Source: Candidatus Moraniibacteriota bacterium (lineage in GTDB: Bacteria; Patescibacteriota; Minisyncoccia; Moranbacterales; UBA1568). Taken from it: a DNA stretch of 64,000 nt. The stretch is from NCBI GenBank assembly GCA_023261645.1, contig JAHFOO010000001.1:3871-67870 (forward strand). The letters are read 5' to 3'. The notes beneath the pieces are model-generated. The model did not search any database. It was given only the letters and a program-made list of their open reading frames with translations, and was not told where the DNA came from. Shown in pieces: positions 36,717 through 46,364 of this stretch (positions within the stretch are counted from its first letter, which is position 1; each line of letters begins with the position of its first letter). A program made the translations under genes and the position numbers.

Positions 36717-37922
36717 ATGACAAAAGTTACACAAATTGAAGAGGTTCCTTCCAATCCATCGGCTATGGATGAGCTTTTTACCAAGCATATGGTAGAAATC
36801 CCTGAAGTAGGCGAGGTCGTTCAAGGAACTGTCATTCATGTCGCTTCGAGTTATGCTTTGATTGACCTCGGATCTATCGGAACGGGAATCGTCCTTGGGA
36901 AAGAAATGCGTGATGGTCTTGGTCCTGAAGGAAAACTGAAGGTCGGTACGACTATCATCGCGACACTGATGGATTACGAGAATGAGGATGGATATATCGA
37001 ATTGTCTATTCGTGAAGCTTCTTATGAAAAATCATGGGATGATATAGAACACAAGCTCACAAATCGTGAGGTCGTCACAACGAAAGTAATCGAAGCCAAC
37101 AAGGGAGGGCTGATGATCGAAATCAACGGCATCGCCGGATTTCTCCCCGTGTCCCAGCTCTCGAGTGAACATTATCCTCGTGTTGAGGATGGTGACAAAA
37201 ATAAGATTCTCGATCTGCTCAAGAAATTGATCGGACAAGAAGTACATGTCCGTATACTGGATGCTGATCGTGAAAATGAGAAGCTTATCGCCAGTGAAAA
37301 GGCGGCACAGAGCGAAAAAGAACGAGAACTGATCAATCTTCTCCGTGTCGGTGAGATAGTGAGTGGTGAAGTGAGCGGGGTTGTTGACTTCGGTGCCTTC
37401 GTGAAATTCACTCCGGCAACAAAGGAAGGTGAGAAAAAATCCGTGGAAAAACTCGAAGGATTGGTGCATATCTCTGAACTTGCATGGCAACTCATCGATG
37501 ATCCGCGTGAAGTTATTAAGACAGGTGATCATGTCGAAGCCAAAATCATTGGTATCGAAGATACACGTATCTCCCTTTCTATGAAAGCCCTCAAAGAAGA
37601 TCCTTGGAATGTCGTTCTTGAGAAATATAAGGTGGATGACATTGTTCCTGGAAAAGTAGACAAAATCAATCATTTCGGAGCATTTGTCTATCTCAATAAA
37701 GATATCCATGGTTTGGCTCACGTGAGTGAATTTTCCGAAATTTATCCCGGCAAAAAAATTGAAGAAGTCTTCAAAGAAGGAGAAACCTATTCTTGGAAGA
37801 TCCTCTCTATCGAGCCAAAAAGTCATCGTATGGGATTGCTTCCCGTAAAGGAGGATACTCCGAAAGAAAGCAAAGAAGTCAAGACGAAAAAAGTGAAGGA
37901 AGTCGAAGAGGAAAAAGCTTAA
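36717..37922 (+). CDS. rpsA: 30S ribosomal protein S1 (4 S1 domains)
   Basis: Four repeated S1 domains (GEVVQGTV..., EVVTTKVIEANKGG..., GEIVSGEVSGVVDFGAFV..., DIVPGKVDKINHFGAFV...). Start taken at MTKVTQ. Confidence 0.85.
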   Translation: MTKVTQIEEVPSNPSAMDELFTKHMVEIPEVGEVVQGTVIHVASSYALIDLGSIGTGIVLGKEMRDGLGPEGKLKVGTTIIATLMDYENEDGYIELSIREASYEKSWDDIEHKLTNREVVTTKVIEANKGGLMIEINGIAGFLPVSQLSSEHYPRVEDGDKNKILDLLKKLIGQEVHVRILDADRENEKLIASEKAAQSEKERELINLLRVGEIVSGEVSGVVDFGAFVKFTPATKEGEKKSVEKLEGLVHISELAWQLIDDPREVIKTGDHVEAKIIGIEDTRISLSMKALKEDPWNVVLEKYKVDDIVPGKVDKINHFGAFVYLNKDIHGLAHVSEFSEIYPGKKIEEVFKEGETYSWKILSIEPKSHRMGLLPVKEDTPKESKEVKTKKVKEVEEEKA

Positions 37923-37929
37923 TGCCGAA

Positions 37930-37980
37930 AAAACATCTCTGTTTGTGCAACTTGTCTGCTAGCAAACAGAGATGTTTTTG
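37930..37980 (+). terminator. Strong rho-independent terminator after rpsA
   Basis: A 14-15-bp stem (AACATCTCTGTTTG / CAAACAGAGATGTT) followed by TTTTTG. Confidence 0.6.
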
Positions 37981-37998
37981 TAAAAGCAACTGAAAAAT

Positions 37999-38568
37999 AT
38001 GAAAAATATTTTTATTATTTCCGGGCCGGCTGGTTCTGGCAAAGATGCTGTCATCGATGGCTTGAGCAAACTTCTGTCCATCACGCGAGTAATCACTACC
38101 ACGACGCGAGCTCCACGGATAGGAGAAACAGACGGTCATCCCTACCACTTTGTTTCGCGTCAAGAATTTGAACAGGCTATTGTTGAAAAAAAATTCATCG
38201 AATATTCAACCAACGAAAATAATGAACTGTATGGTGTCACGTCTGAGGAGCTGGATCGAATGGCTCATTCGGAAAATATTGGAATATGGAAAATGGATTG
38301 GAAAGGCGTGATCTCCGCTAAAAAACTTTTTCCCGATATCATCGCATTGTTTATAAGCGCTCCCCTCGATGTGCTCGAAAGCCGATTGCGGAAACGTGAT
38401 GCATCGAAAATCAACGATGATTATTTTCGCGAACGTATGGAGTATACTAGAGAGTGGCTCAAACACACTGACATTTATGATTTCATCATCGAAAACGAAC
38501 AAGGTAAGCTCGATGAAGCGATCCAAAAAGTCTTCGCTATCATCAAAGAGCACACTACTGTCATATAA
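37999..38568 (+). CDS. gmk: Guanylate kinase
   Basis: IISGPAGSGKDAV P-loop and TTTRAPRIGETDGHPYHFVS. Confidence 0.85.
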   Translation: MKNIFIISGPAGSGKDAVIDGLSKLLSITRVITTTTRAPRIGETDGHPYHFVSRQEFEQAIVEKKFIEYSTNENNELYGVTSEELDRMAHSENIGIWKMDWKGVISAKKLFPDIIALFISAPLDVLESRLRKRDASKINDDYFRERMEYTREWLKHTDIYDFIIENEQGKLDEAIQKVFAIIKEHTTVI

Positions 38569-38611
38569 AACGCCATATTCGCCATTTGTTCGGCGTTTTA
38601 TCAAGCTGGTT

Positions 38612-39547
38612 TTGAATACTGTCAACAAGTTTGATCTCTGGGAAAAAGGAGATTCTTTTATTGTCTGTGTTTCTGGAGGTCCGGACAGTCTTTGTCTTCT
38701 GGACGTGTTGACGTTGCTCCAGAAAAAACAGAACTTTACGCTCCACATCGCCCATGTGAATTATCATTTACGAGGAAAGGATTCGGATTCCGATGAAGCG
38801 CTTGTCAGGGCTTATGCCGAAAATTATTCCCTCCCTCTTACCGTCTTTTCTCAGAAAAAAAATATACAGAGTGTCTCCGAGGAAAAGCTCCGTGATATCC
38901 GGTATAGTTTTTTCGAGAAACTTCGTATGAAAGAGAACGCGGATCATATTGTCGTTGCGCATAACCAGGATGACCAGGCGGAAACACTTCTGATGCGACT
39001 CTTACGCGGTTCCGGACTTTCCGGACTTTCTGCTATGCGACCTAAAAACGGCTCCATCACCCGACCGCTCATCGAAATGAATCGCAGTGATATCCTGCAG
39101 TATCTGAAGGAGCGCAACATCACCTTTCGAGAAGATAAGAGTAACAGTGATTCTCGCTATCTCCGCAATAAGGTTCGTCACGAATTGATTCCTTTTCTTG
39201 AAGAAAAATTTCAACCGCAGACAAGAAAGCTTTTGGCTGAAACGGCCACCCTCCTTGGCGAAGACTACGCCGTTCTCTCGGATATTCCGACAGAACTTTC
39301 TTTCAAGCAGGAAGACCTTTCAGTAGAATTCTCACGCACGATTCTTTTGAAGCTTCCAACTGCTCTGATTCATCAAGAAATTCGCGCCTTACTCCGTCCC
39401 TTTCTTGGCGGAAAAAATCCGGATAAGAACCTCATAAATGAGCTTATGAAAGCCATCAAGAGTACAAAAAGTAAAACTCAGACACTGACTTTCAAGGGAT
39501 TGAAATTTATTCGAAAGGGTGATAGAGTAAGGCTACTCAATTTTTAA
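38612..39547 (+). CDS. tilS: tRNA(Ile)-lysidine synthetase
   Basis: PP-loop VCVSGGPDSL, HVNYHLRG and the TilS layout. The start is uncertain. The frame is open from 38369 inside gmk, and the first in-frame start after the gmk stop is TTG at 38612. Confidence 0.7.
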   Translation: MNTVNKFDLWEKGDSFIVCVSGGPDSLCLLDVLTLLQKKQNFTLHIAHVNYHLRGKDSDSDEALVRAYAENYSLPLTVFSQKKNIQSVSEEKLRDIRYSFFEKLRMKENADHIVVAHNQDDQAETLLMRLLRGSGLSGLSAMRPKNGSITRPLIEMNRSDILQYLKERNITFREDKSNSDSRYLRNKVRHELIPFLEEKFQPQTRKLLAETATLLGEDYAVLSDIPTELSFKQEDLSVEFSRTILLKLPTALIHQEIRALLRPFLGGKNPDKNLINELMKAIKSTKSKTQTLTFKGLKFIRKGDRVRLLNF

Positions 39548-39594
39548 GAGAGACCAAAGCATTTTAACTCTTTATTCGCCCCAACTCTACACAT

Positions 39595-41445
39595 ATGGAA
39601 AAAATTCTTAAGAACCTTTTCACTATCATCCTGCTCTTTCTACTTCTCTCCGGCATTATCATCCTCTATCAGTCACCGGACAAGAAACCGACGAATATAT
39701 CTTTGAGCGAGCTCGTTACCGAAATCAATCAGGATAAGGTGAAGACGATCACTATTCAGAACAATATTCTCGATATCGAGTTGCAAGATGGAAGCAAGCA
39801 GAAGGCCAGCAAGGAATCAGAAAGCTCTCTCACAGAGACGCTGGCGAACTACGGTATCGACAAGGAAAAAGTGAAAAATGTTTCCATTGCCGTCAAAGAA
39901 GATTCAGGATGGTCATTCTGGCTTTCTGCTATTTTGCCGTTCCTGCTCCCGTTCTTGCTCATTGGTGCCTTTATCTGGTTTATGCTCCGTCAGGCACAGC
40001 GTGGCAATGCTCAGGCGCTTTCTTTCGGAACAAGTCGTGCTCGTATGATCGATCCGAAAGACAAGAAAAAACGGACTACATTTGCCGATATTGCCGGTGC
40101 ACAAGAAACGAAAACCGAACTGGAAGAAATTGTCGATTTTTTGAAACATCCCAAAAAATTTCTTAGTATGGGAGCGAAGATCCCGAAGGGAGTACTGCTT
40201 CTCGGTCCTCCGGGAACAGGGAAGACGCTTATGGCCAAGGCAGTTGCCGGTGAAGCCGGAGTCCCGTTCTTCAATATCAGCGGTTCGGAGTTTGTGGAAA
40301 TGTTTGTCGGTGTCGGAGCGAGTCGTGTCCGAGATCTCTTCAAACAAGCCAAAAAAAATGCTCCATCCATCGTCTTTATCGATGAGATTGATGCCGTTGG
40401 TCGCCATCGTGGTTCAGGACTTGGTGGTGGGCACGACGAACGTGAACAAACATTGAACCAGATTCTCGTTGAAATGGACGGTTTTGAGACCGACACGAGT
40501 GTTATCGTCATTGCTGCTACCAATCGTCCGGACGTGCTCGATCCTGCCCTCCTTCGTCCCGGCCGTTTCGATCGGCGTGTCACGATGGATCTCCCTGATA
40601 TCAATGAACGTGAGCAGATTCTTGTTATTCATACAAAAAACAAACCTATTGAAAAGAGTGTTTCCTTGCGTGTCATTGCAGAACGGACCCCGGGATTTTC
40701 CGGTGCCGATCTTGCAAACCTTGTGAATGAAGGAGCTATTCTTGCTACGCGTCGAAACAAAAAAACGATCGATATGCCGGAACTGACGGAGTCCATTGAG
40801 AAAGTCATTCTTGGACCGGAACGTCGCAGCAGAGTAATCAATAAAAAAGAAAAAGAAATCATCGCTTATCATGAAGGTGGTCACGCTCTCGTTGGTGCCA
40901 GTCTCCTCTATGCCGATCCTGTTCAAAAGGTATCAATTATCTCTCGTGGACACGCTGGCGGGTATACACTAGCTGTTCCTTCAGAAGACAAGAGTCTTCA
41001 TTCCCATAATTATTTCTTGGATGAATTGGCGATGCTTCTCGGAGGATATGCGAGCGAAAAACTCATTTTTAACGATACGACGACCGGGCCATCGAGTGAC
41101 TTGGAACGTGCGACACATATGGCTCGCAATATGGTCACTCGTTATGGAATGAGCCGTCTCGGCGCGCGAACATTCGGAAAGAAGGAGGAAATGATTTTCC
41201 TGGGTCGCGAAACACACGAGGACAGAGATTATTCAGAAAAGACTGCCCAAGATATCGATGGGGAAGTTTCTCTTCTCATCAATACCGCTTTCGAGCGTGC
41301 TACGAAGATCTTGAATGAACGACGCCTTGTCTTAGATACATTGGCGCACACGCTTCTCGAAAAAGAGACTCTTGAAAAGGATGAATTTGATGCTATTGTC
41401 GGAGAAATTCCGGCAGAAAAGGTACCAAAAGAAGAGAGGATATAA
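39595..41445 (+). CDS. ftsH: ATP-dependent zinc metalloprotease FtsH
   Basis: TM anchors, AAA module ([34 protein letters not shown]) and zinc site HEGGHAL. 616 aa. Confidence 0.9.
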   Translation: MEKILKNLFTIILLFLLLSGIIILYQSPDKKPTNISLSELVTEINQDKVKTITIQNNILDIELQDGSKQKASKESESSLTETLANYGIDKEKVKNVSIAVKEDSGWSFWLSAILPFLLPFLLIGAFIWFMLRQAQRGNAQALSFGTSRARMIDPKDKKKRTTFADIAGAQETKTELEEIVDFLKHPKKFLSMGAKIPKGVLLLGPPGTGKTLMAKAVAGEAGVPFFNISGSEFVEMFVGVGASRVRDLFKQAKKNAPSIVFIDEIDAVGRHRGSGLGGGHDEREQTLNQILVEMDGFETDTSVIVIAATNRPDVLDPALLRPGRFDRRVTMDLPDINEREQILVIHTKNKPIEKSVSLRVIAERTPGFSGADLANLVNEGAILATRRNKKTIDMPELTESIEKVILGPERRSRVINKKEKEIIAYHEGGHALVGASLLYADPVQKVSIISRGHAGGYTLAVPSEDKSLHSHNYFLDELAMLLGGYASEKLIFNDTTTGPSSDLERATHMARNMVTRYGMSRLGARTFGKKEEMIFLGRETHEDRDYSEKTAQDIDGEVSLLINTAFERATKILNERRLVLDTLAHTLLEKETLEKDEFDAIVGEIPAEKVPKEERI

Positions 41446-41467
41446 AGGAGAAATATTCCTTGTAGTT

Positions 41468-41491
41468 CCCCTGTCTATCGACAGACAGGGG
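41468..41491. repeat. GC-rich palindromic intergenic repeat, copy 5 (CCCCTGTCTATCGACAGACAGGGG)
   Basis: Perfect 9-bp arms CCCCTGTCT / AGACAGGGG around ATCGAC. Lies 29 bp upstream of the gene at 41520. Confidence 0.55.
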
Positions 41492-41519
41492 CTGATAATG
41501 AAATTCCTGTTTGTGAACT

Positions 41520-42422
41520 ATGGAAAAAGTATACTTTCATAAGCTTCTTTCCCAAGCGTGGATCGCTTCTCGAGCGAAGAAACTGCCGTGGATTTTCGCA
41601 TCTGTTGTAGCCTTCGCCGGCCTCATAGGAAGTCACGTAAATGCTGATTTGGAAGAAGCTGCTTCTCCGGAAGAACTCTTCCGCATCATTGCACAGAAAT
41701 CACCGCACGAAGTATGGTATATTCTCCTCGGTTTGTCCGTCTTTTTTGTTGTGAACATCATAGGAAAAAGTAATCTGATCGTTTCCCTTTCTTTCATCAC
41801 ATACAAGAATAATCTTCCGAATCATCCGACTACTCCTCGAGCCATAGGAAGCAACTTCATACGTTCATTTTTTCTTGAGTGTATAGCGCTCCTCCTTCTT
41901 ATTGTGACTGTAGGATTTCTCTCCCTTCCTCTTCTTATTGCATCTGAAACGAATCCTGGAACGCTATCCTCACTTATCATTTTTAGTTTCCTTACTTTTA
42001 TTCCTATCGCTCTTACTATTTTTTTGATAAAACAATTCGCTCTTTTTTATCTTCTTCTTTCCCCGCTCGGCATTCGAGGATCTATCGAGACCGGCAGCGC
42101 CCTTTTCTCTCGATTTTTCTCACTCAGTCTCCTCTTCGCCTTTTTCTCTTTTCTCGTAACCATCTCCTTTACTTTTTTCGCAAATCTCGTTATCCTGGGT
42201 ATTACCGTTCTTTCGAAAAATATCCCCCTCCCTTTCGGAGAAGGAATCCCCTCTCTTATCGTTTCATTTATTTTCTTTGCATGGTTCGCTCTTTTTGAGC
42301 AGGCACTGTGGCTCGCATTCTTCCAGTCCATCGGAGGCAAGCATAAAGAAAGCAGAGCAGTCAAAGAAAAAGAGAACGGTTTGGATACAGATGCCCTCCC
42401 GGAAGTCCCTCCGGCGCAATAA
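41520..42422 (+). CDS. Hypothetical polytopic membrane protein
   Basis: 300 aa with several hydrophobic helices. No family recognised. Confidence 0.4.
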   Translation: MEKVYFHKLLSQAWIASRAKKLPWIFASVVAFAGLIGSHVNADLEEAASPEELFRIIAQKSPHEVWYILLGLSVFFVVNIIGKSNLIVSLSFITYKNNLPNHPTTPRAIGSNFIRSFFLECIALLLLIVTVGFLSLPLLIASETNPGTLSSLIIFSFLTFIPIALTIFLIKQFALFYLLLSPLGIRGSIETGSALFSRFFSLSLLFAFFSFLVTISFTFFANLVILGITVLSKNIPLPFGEGIPSLIVSFIFFAWFALFEQALWLAFFQSIGGKHKESRAVKEKENGLDTDALPEVPPAQ

Positions 42423-42426
42423 TTAG

Positions 42427-42503
42427 GGGCTTGTAGCTCAGTTGGTTAGAGCGCTACATTGACATTGTAGAGGTCTCCAGTTCGAATCTGGACAAGCCCA
42501 CCA
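42427..42503 (+). tRNA. tRNA-Val (anticodon GAC)
   Basis: Cloverleaf: acceptor GGGCTTG/CAAGCCC, anticodon stem CTACA/TGTAG, loop TTGACAT, T-loop TTCGAAT. CCA is encoded. Confidence 0.85.
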
Positions 42504-42527
42504 TTTTTTCGAATCAATAAAAAAAAT

Positions 42528-42556
42528 ACCCCATTCGAGAAGAATCGGGGTATTTT
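42528..42556. terminator. Bidirectional terminator hairpin
   Basis: CCCCATTC...GAATCGGGG stem with an A-run upstream and a T-run downstream. Lies between the tRNA-Val (+) and the end of the minus-strand gene. Confidence 0.4.
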
Positions 42557-42575
42557 TGATTAGTATTCTGCGATA

Positions 42576-43640
42576 TCAAGGATTGGGAGAAACAGCTGCA
42601 GGTGGTACGGGCGTATTTGTCTTGATGCCAACATTCACATTCTGATTCGTATTGCCCATATATTGCACTGCTGGACCGAAAGTTTTGGTCTGTGCATTCG
42701 TTGTCTGAGAGACTTGGCCATTGACATTGCTGATTTCCCGGTTGATTTTCGATTGTACTTCGCCGACTCCATTCTGGATGAGGTTGCTTACAAGTTTGTT
42801 TGCCATCGCCGATACGACTCCGCTCAGCAGTTCTCCTGGATTCGATGCTGTAGCAATCATTTTGTTGCCAAGGTCCTGAACGTTGGTAACAGCAGCCTGG
42901 ATAGTTCCTGCAGGCGCTACTACCATTCCATTTTTCTCCTCTGGCAAGAAACCGCCTGCTGATATAGCTTTGACCATTGCTGTTTGTCTATTCATCTCTA
43001 TTTGATTTTGATATGCCTCTTGTGCTTGCAACGTGTAGCCGAAAGTATTGTTGGCAGGATTTGAAAAGAAAGCATTCAATCCGCGGAAGTCGCCCGTTGC
43101 GAACATTGTTCCGGGATTCGGAGTGTATTCCTCCAAGTTATAGACTGCCGCACCGTTATTTTCTGTTGTCGCATTCTTTGCCGCAGAGATGAGATACGAA
43201 ACATAATTGTCACCAATACCATTGCTACCACCGGCAGGAGTATAGTTTGCCGTAGATCCTTTTCCGCGCGTGGTCATCGAGAAGAAATCATTCATATAAA
43301 GATTGGCATTCTGTGTCGGAGTTTGGTACAAGAATTCATTAAAATTCGTGATGTAAAGAGGTTGACTACCGGTTCCTCCACCGACCAGCTGACCCACCTT
43401 GCTGTTGAGCATCTGTATGGCTGTCATCTTCAGCGTTCCAAGGAGAGCTCCTTCAATCTGACGTTGAATCTGCTCCATCATTTGTTTTATCATAGCTGCT
43501 GCATATGTCGATCCCCAATAATCAGCCTTCGCCGTCTGAGGCATCGAAAAAAAGAGCATACCGATAAACAGCATCAGAAGAGAAGCCGTCATTTTTTTTA
43601 CGGTCTTTGTCGATTTTTTCTCCCCTTGTATTGAAATCAT
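42576..43640 (-). CDS. Secreted Gly/Asn/Thr/Gln-rich protein, hypothetical
   Basis: Signal peptide MTASLLMLFIGMLFFSMPQTAKA. Low-complexity extracellular protein. The start may be the internal Met at 43592. Confidence 0.4.
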   Translation of the reverse strand: MISIQGEKKSTKTVKKMTASLLMLFIGMLFFSMPQTAKADYWGSTYAAAMIKQMMEQIQRQIEGALLGTLKMTAIQMLNSKVGQLVGGGTGSQPLYITNFNEFLYQTPTQNANLYMNDFFSMTTRGKGSTANYTPAGGSNGIGDNYVSYLISAAKNATTENNGAAVYNLEEYTPNPGTMFATGDFRGLNAFFSNPANNTFGYTLQAQEAYQNQIEMNRQTAMVKAISAGGFLPEEKNGMVVAPAGTIQAAVTNVQDLGNKMIATASNPGELLSGVVSAMANKLVSNLIQNGVGEVQSKINREISNVNGQVSQTTNAQTKTFGPAVQYMGNTNQNVNVGIKTNTPVPPAAVSPNP

Positions 43641-43646
43641 AGATAT

Positions 43647-44633
43647 CTAGAAATTAATCGGAATCGTATCGATACCAAGATCAGATAATTTTTTGGATAC
43701 TTCATCACTGAATCCTGTAATACTGCCGAAGAACCCTTGTGCTTTGGAAAGCACGGCAATTTGTCCCAAAGGATCGGTATCCGAAGGCTTCAGCTCCCCT
43801 TTCAGTTGCATCGCGTATTCCGCCAATTGCAGAGCCTTCACGTGTATATCGAGCATTTTTTCTGGCACTTCTATGTCTTTCAATTCTGTCAACATTTTTT
43901 CTCCCCGATTGGACAACTCATCGAGAGCTTGCATATTGCCCGATGCCAGACCGGAGATGGATTCGAGTGAGAGGTTGTTAAAAATAGCGCTCAGATCATC
44001 CTGAGTCTGGAAAGTTTTCGGAGAATTGTTTGCAATCAAGTAAGAAAGCATCGTCAAATATTCCAGCGCATCTTTTTTTTCTTGCTCAGACTGTTTCTTA
44101 TCACTCAGGTTTTTTGATATCTTTTTTATCTTGATATCTTTTGTAGATATTTCGGGAAGGATCACTTCATCGATAGTGCCATTTGTCACTTTGTCGACAG
44201 AGTTGTTGATATCCTCCAGAGAAATTTCTTGTCCACTCTTGTCCGTGTTTTTGAGCAAAGAAGCGATTTCACCGGAAACTTGTTCTGTAAGATTGTTTGT
44301 CTTTTCTTGAGAAAATGTCGATGCACTTTCGACTACTTCTTTCACTACCTTGTCTCCCGGTGCGGGTTTCAATGGATCATAACCGCTCATCACTTCTATT
44401 CCATCACTGTAGCCATCACCATCCGTATCTTTGTTCATCGGATCTGTTCCATACAATTTCTCCTCATCGTTGCTCAGACCGTCTTGATCGGTATCCTGGA
44501 AAATATTTTTTGTACTCGATGTGTCCGCAGCAAAAACAAAGACAGTCGTACTCAGAATAAGTAAGCTAAAAAAAAGAAAAAACGTAAATTTCGTACCCTT
44601 TTCTGAAAAACTTGGAAAGAATATTTTCGACAT
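43647..44633 (-). CDS. Secreted protein with thrombospondin-type-3-like Ca-binding repeats
   Basis: Signal peptide, then DTDQDGLSNDEEKLYGTDPMNKDTDGDGYSDGIEV (DxDxDG repeats). Confidence 0.45.
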   Translation of the reverse strand: MSKIFFPSFSEKGTKFTFFLFFSLLILSTTVFVFAADTSSTKNIFQDTDQDGLSNDEEKLYGTDPMNKDTDGDGYSDGIEVMSGYDPLKPAPGDKVVKEVVESASTFSQEKTNNLTEQVSGEIASLLKNTDKSGQEISLEDINNSVDKVTNGTIDEVILPEISTKDIKIKKISKNLSDKKQSEQEKKDALEYLTMLSYLIANNSPKTFQTQDDLSAIFNNLSLESISGLASGNMQALDELSNRGEKMLTELKDIEVPEKMLDIHVKALQLAEYAMQLKGELKPSDTDPLGQIAVLSKAQGFFGSITGFSDEVSKKLSDLGIDTIPINF

Positions 44634-44866
44634 ATCTCTGTTTGTTTTTTATGTATTTTCATTATAACATAATTTCAAATAATTCAAATTACCACACTAG
44701 AGCACTCCTTTTTTTAGATACGAGGACAGAAAAAATGATTAAATTATTATAACACATATTATATATTTGTCAATATTTGAGATTACGTTGCCCGGATTGA
44801 ATATAACAGCAAAGAGTGATGCCATCTCTCTTCTGGAATTAAGTGTTTGTGTTTATTCTTCTGTAA

Positions 44867-45707
44867 ATGTTCCACGTGGAACATATACTCTGTTATTGAC
44901 ACGAAAAAGAAACGGATATGTTCCACGTGGAACATATATTGGCACAAAATAGGATGTGTAGATAGCATAAAGTAAATGGACGGCAGTTTAATAAGAAATC
45001 AATAAAGATATCGGATCTTTGTATAAAAAGATTATGTTCCACGTGGAACATAAACTGATGTCGTTCGTTAATAATCCAAGTAATGTTCCACGTGGAACAT
45101 CCTTTCGTGCCATCCAATCTTAATTGATTTTATGTTCCACGTGGAACATAAGAAATATAAATACAGATAAAAAGAGAGCAAGTTTCTATGATATGAATAA
45201 AAGGCTGATATAAAGTATTTTTATAGAAAATAACTAATTTCGACTTAAAGTGTTCAGTATATGTTCCACGTGGAACATATACTGAACATAATAATGCAAA
45301 GAAGATCAAAATGTTCCACGTGGAACATTTACTCTGTCACTGACACGAAAAATAAACGGATATGTTCCACGTGGAACATCTATATATCCCAGAACTCTAA
45401 TTTGTTCCACGTGGAACATTTTGGTACATAAATTGATGAATACAATACGATCATAAACAAGAATACGGATAAAAAGGCTCTATTGAAACATTTTTTTGAT
45501 ATTCTTCTTAAACTGGTGGGGGTAATAAGATGCTTTTTTAAGTATATTTCATCCAAGAGAGGTTTTTTTCGTGAGCCGAAGGATATAATAAAGGCTCAAG
45601 GAAACTGGAATTCATATATTGATATAGAATAATCTGGTATATGTTCCACGTGAAACATATACTAATACTGTTCGTTAATAATCCAAGTAATGTTCCACGT
45701 GGAACAT
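44867..45707. repeat. Array of 11 parS-type palindromes (ATGTTCCACGTGGAACAT), putative centromere
   Basis: Copies start at 44867, 44918, 45034, 45083, 45132, 45261, 45311, 45362, 45402 (5' flank variant), 45641 (TGTTCCACGTGAAACA, exact Bacillus-type parS) and 45690. Non-coding and AT-rich. Larger 69-bp and 40-bp units are duplicated. Confidence 0.8.
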
Positions 45708-45727
45708 ATGTTCTTTTTGTTGAGATA

Positions 45728-45756
45728 TTGACAAAGTTATACATTTATTGTATAAA
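45728..45756 (+). promoter_or_regulatory. Sigma-70-like promoter (TTGACA, 17 nt, TATAAA) downstream of the parS array
   Basis: Points toward the tRNA-Ala/tRNA-Arg pair. A second -10 (TATAAT at 46006) lies just before tRNA-Ala. Confidence 0.3.
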
Positions 45757-46016
45757 ATGAATAATAGAGAGGTATATTCAAATATTTGATATGTACACTA
45801 CCTATAGAGAGAGGAAGAGAAATAGTATAAAGGAGAAAAAAGTGGAAAATACCATAAATCGCTCAATTATAATAAAAGAATATATGTATGAAACTCTCAA
45901 GCATTGACGAATCGAGAAAACACAGTATGATAAGTAAAGTACCGCGTGTATAGTAAATGGAGGGGATAATGAAAAGGAACCTTTGTCATCTCAAATGGTT
46001 CTAATAGGTATAATTC

Positions 46017-46089
46017 GGGCCGTTGGCACAGTTGGTAGCGCGCCTCCATGGCATGGAGGAGGTCGCCGGTTCGAATCCGGCACGGTCCA
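46017..46089 (+). tRNA. tRNA-Ala (anticodon GGC)
   Basis: Acceptor GGGCCGT/ACGGTCC includes the G3:U70 Ala identity pair. Anticodon stem CCTCC/GGAGG, loop ATGGCAT. Confidence 0.8.
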
Positions 46090-46183
46090 CATCACATATT
46101 TCAATAGAGCCCTTGTTGTCCGATGAATACCGGTTTGCGTTAGGTAGAGAATAACCAGATATTCATTTATCGTAATACAAATT

Positions 46184-46255
46184 GCCTCCGTAGCTCAATG
46201 GATAGAGCTATCCCGTCCTAAGGGAGAAATGACAGTTCGATTCTGCCCGGGGGCA
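46184..46255 (+). tRNA. tRNA-Arg (anticodon CCT)
   Basis: Acceptor GCCTCCG/CGGGGGC, D-stem GCTC/GAGC, anticodon loop GTCCTAA, T-loop TTCGATT. Confidence 0.8.
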
Positions 46256-46278
46256 CAAAAAAGTCATTACGAGGCCCT

Positions 46279-46300
46279 CCTTGTCTGTCGACAAACAGAG
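46279..46300. repeat. GC-rich palindromic intergenic repeat, copy 6 (degenerate: CCTTGTCTGTCGACAAACAGAG)
   Basis: Three mismatches to the consensus. Lies between tRNA-Arg and rbfA. Confidence 0.4.
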
Positions 46301-46364
46301 ATTCCTGACGAGAGCATATCAAGAGGTTATTCGTATCACTTATAAAAATTATTCTCTATTCTCT

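Noticed and set aside
38369-38611. Track start of tilS at 38369, which would overlap gmk by 200 nt
   Set aside because: The frame is merely open through the 3' half of gmk. A 200-nt overlap is implausible. The first in-frame start after the gmk stop (TTG at 38612) gives a normal-length TilS N-terminus.
44867-45707. Possible CRISPR array suggested by regularly recurring repeats
   Set aside because: The repeat is only 18 bp and perfectly palindromic. Spacing is irregular (30-220 bp), spacer segments are themselves duplicated, and no cas genes are present. A parS-like binding-site array fits far better.
45538-45744. 68-aa ORF inside the parS array
   Set aside because: The translation is built from the palindrome itself (VPRGT/TWNI repeats). 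It is an artefact of the repeat.
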